DNA of 64,000 bases, taken from NCBI GenBank assembly GCA_030691545.1, contig JAUYEE010000330.1, positions 459-64,458 of the forward strand, given 5' to 3'. Source of the DNA: a bacterium (GTDB lineage Bacteria; Auribacterota; JABMQX01). The translations under genes were made by a program, and so were the position numbers. The notes beneath the pieces are model-generated. The model was given only the letters and a program-made list of their open reading frames with translations. It was not told the DNA's origin and ran no database searches. This document shows, piece by piece, positions 58,195 to 64,000 of this stretch (position 1 is its first letter; each line of letters opens with the position of its first letter).

Positions 58195-58536
58195 CTATTT
58201 TGCCTGCATGATGCAGTCGCGGGTGAGGGCGGCGAGTTCGGGGCCGTGGGTTTCGGAGGAGCGGAGGTCGCGGGGGACTTTCTCGTTCATCAAGTCCACC
58301 ACCTGTTTCGCGAGGTAGAGGTTGTCCCTCGATAGCTCGATGAATTTCCTCGGCACGATCACCCGTGAGGAGAGCTCTTCGCCAGCCCGCACCACCGCTA
58401 AAATCGTAGCCCTGCCTGCCCGCAGGCGCGCAAAGTCCAATCCGGGGTCCAAGTGGGTTGTGCGCGGCAATGCCGTGTCGGGTTGGCACAGCCAGAGGGC
58501 AACGCGCAGGGGACCCGGTCGAGCCAAATCATCCAA
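58195..58536 (-). CDS. Hypothetical small protein
   Basis: ORF only. No family recognised. Confidence 0.25.
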   Translation of the reverse strand: MDDLARPGPLRVALWLCQPDTALPRTTHLDPGLDFARLRAGRATILAVVRAGEELSSRVIVPRKFIELSRDNLYLAKQVVDLMNEKVPRDLRSSETHGPELAALTRDCIMQAK

Positions 58537-58659
58537 GCCCCGAACGGGCGCAATAGTCCAATGCCACTGTGATAGAGCCGCATCCCCTGAATTCTACCAC
58601 TATCGCTCGGCGCGGCTACAGATGAGTGGCAACAGTGGAAGCCGGGCCATAGTTGGCCG

Positions 58660-58796
58660 TACCGCCGGCATCTTGCCGGCTGTCTGGGGGGCATCTTGCC
58701 CCCCATTGAGGTGCTCCGCGCTGAAGCGAGTGGCTGTGGCCATCGCCTTCTGAGGGCGGGACGCCCTCAGGACAGCCGCCGAGACGGCGGCGTTAC
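58660..58796. repeat. Cluster of GC-rich triloop hairpins (GCCGGCA-TCT-TGCCGGC, GGGGGCA-TCT-TGCCCCC, TGAGGGCG-GGA-CGCCCTCA, GCCGCCG-AGA-CGGCGGC)
   Basis: The same composite element recurs at 11788-11857 and, inverted, at 17247-17345. Confidence 0.8.
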
Positions 58797-58852
58797 CTCT
58801 CGCAAGCCCCCCATTGAGATGCCAACGACCCACTGAAACGTAGCCACACGCA

Positions 58853-60355
58853 CTATCGCTCGGTGCGCGTGGCGAGTTTCTGGGGTTGGATGCGGGGAGA
58901 ATGCGCTCCGCAACTCTCGGCGTTGGTCTCCTCGGCTTGCGGACTCGGGTAGAAGCCGAACTGGCGAAGGAGCTTCAACTTCGGCAGGACATTGTTCTCC
59001 AGGTCAATGTGGAAGAAGCCGGGGAAAACATCGGGGTTGTCCATGATGAGGCGGAAGTAGGACTCGTAGCGTTCCGGGATCTCCACATTGCCGCCGTGGC
59101 AGACTTCGTGCCCCGTGAAAACGAATTCCGGGAGGAGGTACGGGCAGAATTCGAGTTGAGCTTTGCCCGCGTATTCCCTGTAGATTTCCGTCTGGGGCAG
59201 AAGCGAAAGGAGGCTCGGCAGGACCCGGGCGCCCATCATCCGGAACGAGACCATCTGGAAGAGCGACTGGTTGAAGTCCTCCATCGTCTCGAACGGAAAG
59301 CCCCACACGAAAAACGCGTCCACTCTCGGGAAAATCTCGACGGCTTTCGGAATCAGGTCGAGGCTTTCGGCTGCCGTAAATCCTTTCTTGATTCGTTTCA
59401 GCACGGCATCGGAGCCGGACTCGATGCCGAAGCGCAGCTCGATGCAGCCGCTGTCGGCCATCGCTCGCATCATCTCCACGTCCGTCAGGTTGACCCGCCC
59501 AAAAGCTTTCCACTCGACGTCAAGCCCGGACGCTTGTAGCTCGCGGCAGAAGTTCATTACCTGGCGCTTGCCCGAAACGAAAAACTCATCCTGAAAAAGG
59601 AAGAGGTCCACTCCGGCTTCGCGTTGCAGCAGCTTCATCTCCTCCACGATGTTCTTCGGGCTTCGGAAATGGCTCTCCAGGTTCCAGACCGGCGCCACCG
59701 AGCAAAATGTGCAGGGATACGGGCAGCCGCGGCTGGTCATCATCCCGTAGCCAGCGTATTGCTTGAGGTCAATCTTCGTGAACGCGGGGAAAGGAATCGT
59801 GTCGAGGTCCTGAATCCTATCGCGGTCGGGGTTGTGATGAACCGAGCCGTTGCTTCGGTAAGAGATGCCCTTGATTGTTGACAGGTTGTTCCCATTGCGC
59901 AGGACATCGAGCAAGTCAGGGCCGGTGAGCTCTCCTTCACCCCGACAAATCACATCCACCCACGGGAATAGGCGTAGGATTCTGTCCTCGACAGACTTTG
60001 TGCCGACCCCGCCCAGCACGAGAGTTCTGTCAGGATACCTTTCTCGAAGCGCCTTCATCGCCATGATGGTGAACGGCAGAAGATTCGCCATGCACGACAA
60101 CCCAATCACCGGCGCCGGGTCGTCGAGGAGCGACAGAAACGCATTCATGTCGAACGGATCATCCGCCGGGCACAGTTGGTAATCGCGGAAATCCACCGCG
60201 AACCCGGCGTTCTCCAACGCCCGACTGAGATAGAGGCAACCCAGCGGCACGTGGAGCTCTCGTTCGATCTCCTCGCCGTACCGCATGAACAGCATATTCA
60301 GATTGACCAGTGTTATATCCGATGGCATTGGACTCTGCATCCTCCTTCGCCGCAA
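58853..60355 (-). CDS. B12-binding-domain radical SAM protein
   Basis: N-terminal cobalamin-binding Rossmann-like domain, then the radical-SAM cluster motif CPYPCTFC (CxxxCxxC). Confidence 0.85.
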   Translation of the reverse strand: MRRRRMQSPMPSDITLVNLNMLFMRYGEEIERELHVPLGCLYLSRALENAGFAVDFRDYQLCPADDPFDMNAFLSLLDDPAPVIGLSCMANLLPFTIMAMKALRERYPDRTLVLGGVGTKSVEDRILRLFPWVDVICRGEGELTGPDLLDVLRNGNNLSTIKGISYRSNGSVHHNPDRDRIQDLDTIPFPAFTKIDLKQYAGYGMMTSRGCPYPCTFCSVAPVWNLESHFRSPKNIVEEMKLLQREAGVDLFLFQDEFFVSGKRQVMNFCRELQASGLDVEWKAFGRVNLTDVEMMRAMADSGCIELRFGIESGSDAVLKRIKKGFTAAESLDLIPKAVEIFPRVDAFFVWGFPFETMEDFNQSLFQMVSFRMMGARVLPSLLSLLPQTEIYREYAGKAQLEFCPYLLPEFVFTGHEVCHGGNVEIPERYESYFRLIMDNPDVFPGFFHIDLENNVLPKLKLLRQFGFYPSPQAEETNAESCGAHSPRIQPQKLATRTER

Positions 60356-60364
60356 CAGGCGAGA

Positions 60365-60922
60365 CTAACCTTCCGATTTCACATCCTCAGCGGCCTGTTC
60401 CTTCGGTTTCGGACGGTCCGGGCGAATGCCCCTGACCACTTCGTCATCGTCCGAAGCCTGTTCCTTCTCCTCGACCTGAGTCTCCGCCGCCGGTTTCTCG
60501 TCCTCCGGCCGGTCGGGCCGGGTACCCTTCACTTCTTCTCCATCGTCATCACGACAGCCCAGAGTGCTCGCCCCCAGCGCTGCCAACATGACAGCCGCCG
60601 CTCTGCCGAGAAACGCCCTTCGGCTCGTCTCGCTGACCTTCGTATTGGCGATAATCGCCTCCAGTTGGCCCCTTGGGACCGCGTTGAGCATCAGAACCTC
60701 CGCCGGACCAAGTTCCAGCTCGATCTCCTTCGCCGCCTCCGAACGTTTCTCAACCAGCAGGTTCCTGAATTCAGCGTCAACCGAAGCCTTCTTCACGAGG
60801 ACCTCGATCCCCCGCGGAATGTCCCCGAGACTCTTACCGGACCCCGGCGGCCTCGCCCCAACAATCGTCGTCCTCACCGCCTCCTGCTCCGGTGTTCTTC
60901 CCTTGTGCTCTTTCCTCGCCAT
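60365..60922 (-). CDS. NHLP-leader-like small protein with internal Tat-like hydrophobic segment and acidic tail (paralog A)
   Basis: GGAGGA RBS then ATG. Conserved IPRGIEVLVKKASVDAEFRNLLVEKRSEAAKEIELELGPAE resembles the nitrile-hydratase-type leader (AKAWxDxEFKxxLLxNPKAAIxKELGVELPE). Then SRRAFLGRAAAVMLAALGASTLGC and a D/E/P-rich tail. Confidence 0.5.
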   Translation of the reverse strand: MARKEHKGRTPEQEAVRTTIVGARPPGSGKSLGDIPRGIEVLVKKASVDAEFRNLLVEKRSEAAKEIELELGPAEVLMLNAVPRGQLEAIIANTKVSETSRRAFLGRAAAVMLAALGASTLGCRDDDGEEVKGTRPDRPEDEKPAAETQVEEKEQASDDDEVVRGIRPDRPKPKEQAAEDVKSEG

Positions 60923-60963
60923 GGCTGTTCCTCCGGTTCCATCCATTCGTTTTCTAGTTTTAC

Positions 60964-61431
60964 TCAAGCGTCCGGATCTGGTTCGGTGTCTTTGTCTGCC
61001 GGAGCTTCGATCTGCGACTTCGAGGCATTTACTTCGTCCGGCCGGATACCGCCGCATCCGTTGCAGCCCATCGTTCCAGTTCCCAATGCTGCCAGCATAA
61101 CGGCGGCCACCTTGCCGAGAAACACTGCCCTGCTCTTCCAGCTCACCTTGGTGTGGGCGATAATCGCTTCGAGTTGGCCTCTCGGCACATTGTTGAGCAT
61201 GAAGACCTCTGCCGCATCCAGCTCCAGCTCGATCTCCTTCGCCGCCTCCGAACGCTTCTCAACCACCAGCTTCTTGAATTCAGCATCAACCGAAGCCTTC
61301 TTCACCAACACCTCAATCCCCCGCGGAATGTCTCCGATGCTCTTTCCAGAACCCGGCGGCCTCGCCCCAACAATCGTTGTCCTCACCGCCTCCTGTTCCG
61401 CCGGCCTTCGCCCAGCTTTGTCAATTTTCAT
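60964..61431 (-). CDS. Paralog B of the same family
   Basis: Nucleotide identity to paralog A across the conserved domain looks about 85-90 percent by eye. Tail is NGCGGIRPDEVNASKSQIEAPADKDTEPDPDA. GAGGAGG RBS. Confidence 0.5.
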   Translation of the reverse strand: MKIDKAGRRPAEQEAVRTTIVGARPPGSGKSIGDIPRGIEVLVKKASVDAEFKKLVVEKRSEAAKEIELELDAAEVFMLNNVPRGQLEAIIAHTKVSWKSRAVFLGKVAAVMLAALGTGTMGCNGCGGIRPDEVNASKSQIEAPADKDTEPDPDA

Positions 61432-61552
61432 AGTTCGCTTTCCTCCTCGCCGCTCCACCAGTTCATTGGCAGATTGGCAATTTGCCTGCCATTGGCTGAC
61501 GGAAGGATGAATTGAGTGATACGCCTCTCTCCGTCAACGGGCGGCTTCTCTC

Positions 61553-62263
61553 CTACTTCCTCCATCGCAGGTTGCTTTTGAATGGCTCGCCGACAAATAC
61601 GTCCTCGAGGGTAGGACCCTTTCCCCAGCCCGAATACCGACGGTCTTGTGTCCACGCGTATACTATGCCATCAGACCGCAGTCGCTTGCCAACGTAAGGC
61701 GTTGCAGCCGCGATGGTGTATTTCGTGCTCCTATCGTATTTTGCGGGCCACGCAACGGCGCACCACGCCTCCTCTCGCAGGGACACATCCTCTGGTGCAT
61801 AGACCTTCACGAGATAGAACTCATGAACCTTCCCCTCGCCTGCTTCCGACCTGAACTCTGTCATATCCTCGCTGACCTGTGACCATCCGAGCTGGTCGGC
61901 CATCGCCAGGATATTGGCGAGAGTCGTGAACTCCGCCTTTCCATCGCCGTCCTCGTCAAAAATGCACTTATCTCTGAGAGCCAACTGGGCTCTGTGTAGA
62001 GAGACCAGATAGTTCCCCATGTATAGCCTCCGACCCAACGATGTCGGCGTCATCGGCCGCGAAAAGAGAATCACCGCGAGGGCGGTCAACAATATGCCCA
62101 GAACCCATCCCAAGACTCCGGGACGGAACTTGCGATGTCTGGCTTCAATCGGATGCTTGACGTTGGCTCCAGCGTCTTCCCGGAGGGCCATATGCGTACT
62201 CCGGAACTTTCCTTGCGCCGGCGACAGCGGCGCGCTGGTCATATGCGGTTCCGCGTCATCCAA
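61553..62263 (-). CDS. Single-pass membrane protein with periplasmic domain (DEDGDGKAEF acidic loop)
   Basis: One TM helix (VLGWVLGILLTALAVILF). Sits between paralogs B and C. Confidence 0.4.
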   Translation of the reverse strand: MDDAEPHMTSAPLSPAQGKFRSTHMALREDAGANVKHPIEARHRKFRPGVLGWVLGILLTALAVILFSRPMTPTSLGRRLYMGNYLVSLHRAQLALRDKCIFDEDGDGKAEFTTLANILAMADQLGWSQVSEDMTEFRSEAGEGKVHEFYLVKVYAPEDVSLREEAWCAVAWPAKYDRSTKYTIAAATPYVGKRLRSDGIVYAWTQDRRYSGWGKGPTLEDVFVGEPFKSNLRWRK

Positions 62264-62278
62264 CGGACCCTGTTTTCC

Positions 62279-62767
62279 TCAGCTCTCCGAATCCGGGCCG
62301 GACTCGTCGTCTGCGGGGGCTTCGAGTTCTCGCTTGGCGGCGAAGTCGCGGTCCGGGTCAATGCCCTTACCGCAGCCTGTGGGAAGCGTTATTGTGCCGA
62401 GAGCGGTGAGCATGACCGCCGCGGTTCTCCCAAGAAACGCCGCTCGGTGTTTCCAGTTCACCTTCGTCCGCGCGATAATCCCCTCGAGCTGCTCTTTCGG
62501 CACGGTCGTGAGAATCATCCGTTCGGCGGAATGGAGATCGAGATCAATCTCTCGCGCAGCGTCGGCCCGCTTCTCGATCAGAAGCTGTTTGAATGCAGGG
62601 TCAACGGAGGCTTTCTTGACGAGGACTTCGATGCCGCGAGGAATGCTTGCCGGACTTGTCTCCGCGGACAGTGGATGTTTGGTGGAGGCAGCGCGGCGCG
62701 CCGCTTTGTTTCCGACGGGCGCGCGGTCCGTCTCCTTCCGAGAAGTTCGACGTTTCAGCTTATCCAT
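62279..62767 (-). CDS. Paralog C of the same family
   Basis: IPRGIEVLVKKASVDPAFKQLLIEKRADAAREIDLDL...HRAAFLGRTAAVMLTALGTITLPTGC plus an acidic tail. GAGGGAGGG RBS before the ATG. Confidence 0.5.
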   Translation of the reverse strand: MDKLKRRTSRKETDRAPVGNKAARRAASTKHPLSAETSPASIPRGIEVLVKKASVDPAFKQLLIEKRADAAREIDLDLHSAERMILTTVPKEQLEGIIARTKVNWKHRAAFLGRTAAVMLTALGTITLPTGCGKGIDPDRDFAAKRELEAPADDESGPDSES

Positions 62768-64000
62768 AGTCCCTCCCTCAAATGTAGTTCCAACCTGTTT
62801 CCAACATAGCACATTTCTAAAACAAGTCAATACTGTACATGGGAGAAGGGTGTGGCTACGGATGATGGGGCGACGGATGAATCCGCTCATCGAGAAGCCC
62901 GGCTAAAGCCGGCTCCGGCAAACAAGGTTCGCTTCTCCCATACCACCGCCTGAAGACGGTGGCTAAAGTGGGATGCCGGCTAAAGCCCGGCAAGCCAGGG
63001 CGACGTTTAGGCCGAGTCGCGGGGACCCGGACCGTCTTGTACGGCAGGTGACTGGATTTGCGAAAGTCCGTACTCAGGGGTGCGAAAGAGTGCTGCCCGC
63101 CTGACGCCAATCTTCAGGGGAGCGCTTCGGCACGTGGGTTGTGGGAGGAAGAATGAAGGCGCCCAAGAGCAATCTACGGGCGCCTCATGAAGTAGCGCGG
63201 GAGGGGAAAGGCACTGTATTGTTTTGCCTTCCTGCCAATCACATTCCTTCAGCCCAACGTCAAGCTGTGAGTTTCTCTGACTTTGGCCTTCATGCTGAAG
63301 TTGCCTTCCTGATCCGTTCTGCCTTTCCTCTCCCGCAAGTTGCCTTCGGCGCGGTTCCAGCAGCATTTGCCGGTCGGCTGGGGGTGAAAGCCCGTGTCTA
63401 AGGCTCTGAGTGCGCACCCGTTTTCTCCAGCAACCCGCTGCGGGATTGGTTCGCGCGGCCCGGCACATACCGGGGCCTAAGGGCGGCACGAGCGGCATCT
63501 CTCCCTCGCCGGATGGAGCTGGCCCCCGGCCGCGAATAATGCGGCCTTGCCCGTTCGGGTCCCACCGTTGGTCTGCGAGCCGCTCGTTCGTGGCAGTCGC
63601 CGGAACGCACCGCTTCACTCACGATCGGAAACGTCGGTCGCAGCTTGGCTGACCGCGCGAACCACATCCCGCGCCGAAAATGTCAAAGAACAGTACGTAG
63701 AAAAAGCGTCCTATGCTGCTCAGTGCTCCCCAGTTGGGCATGACGTCGCCGGGGGGGTTCGGGGGGTGTAAATTCGACGTTATGAGCACCAGTAGCATAG
63801 GAACGTGTGTGAGGTGTACAACAAGCGTGCCAAGGGAAGGATGGGGAAACAGATGCAGGTGACATATCTCCTAACCGTTGGCGGGTCAATTCATTAAAAA
63901 GCGAGATTCTGTCTCTTGGCTCAGCCCTCCGGGGTGACCGCAGGTTCTTCTCGCTCCGGGGCGCAGAATTTTTTCAACAAGAGCGCTGTGAAAACTCGGC

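Noticed and set aside
58322-58753. Plus-strand 143-aa ORF covering the triloop-hairpin cluster
   Set aside because: It coincides with the repeat cluster and the translation is Arg/Ser-rich low complexity. It is more plausibly non-coding structured DNA/RNA.
63007-63618. 203-aa minus-strand ORF in the terminal region
   Set aside because: Gly/Arg/Pro-rich low-complexity translation with no RBS. It is a likely GC-driven artefact.
1-64000. CRISPR array
   Set aside because: The repeated hairpins (GCAGGCGTCTCGCCTGC and relatives) are dispersed, appear in both orientations and are not regularly spaced with unique spacers. No cas genes were seen.
1-64000. tRNA/rRNA genes, integrase/transposase, prophage
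   Set aside because: No T-loop/anticodon-arm candidates, no rRNA-like conserved stretches and no recombinase-like ORFs were recognised. The low-GC island has no detectable direct repeats or integrase at its edges.

Overview
This is a high-GC bacterial chromosomal window. A DUF1559-type prepilin/pseudopilin, a CxPxR sulfatase, BatA-like vWA proteins and many very large secreted proteins fit a Planctomycetota/Verrucomicrobiota-like genome, but that taxon call is an inference. Several ORF-track 'M' starts are actually TTG/GTG codons (for example ribBA starts with TTG at 7170 and dnaX with GTG at 12224).

Housekeeping content:
- An FMN riboswitch with its own intrinsic terminator sits upstream of ribBA and ribH.
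- The conserved ffs (SRP RNA)-dnaX-ybaB-recR block is present.
- A DUF58/BatA-like vWA operon ends in a terpene-cyclase-like repeat protein.
- rnr is present, and proA is separated from proB-proC by one large inserted gene.
- A phosphotriesterase-family gene and a sulfatase gene sit just upstream of the accessory island.

Most interesting loci:
1. 58.8-62.9 kb, minus strand. A B12-binding radical-SAM gene is preceded by three recently duplicated small paralogs. Their conserved N-domain resembles nitrile-hydratase-type (NHLP) RiPP leaders. Each has an internal twin-arginine-like hydrophobic segment and a hypervariable acidic tail. A single-TM protein lies among them. This is a candidate proteusin-like RiPP cluster or a novel secreted-peptide system.
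2. 53.1-58.1 kb. A tightly translationally coupled four-gene island that reads as lower-GC than its surroundings. It encodes a PRTase-like protein, a P-loop NTPase, an unknown protein and a gamma-class N6-adenine DNA methyltransferase. It looks like an unclassified defence or R-M-like system.
3. 41.4-45.1 kb. A serine-palmitoyltransferase-like alpha-oxoamine synthase, a GNAT-like acyltransferase and an NAD-dependent reductase together resemble the bacterial ceramide pathway.
4. Repeat families that gene features do not explain:
- A roughly 27-30 nt palindromic element inserted in-frame inside several CDSs, reminiscent of Rickettsia RPEs.
- Clustered GC-rich triloop hairpins.
- Inverted arrays of CACGAAG-type 9-mers at gene boundaries.
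- A phased triple ACAGGAT motif upstream of genes.
- GGGGTC-type G-tract microsatellites, some coding.

No CRISPR array, tRNA, rRNA or integrase/transposase gene was recognised.
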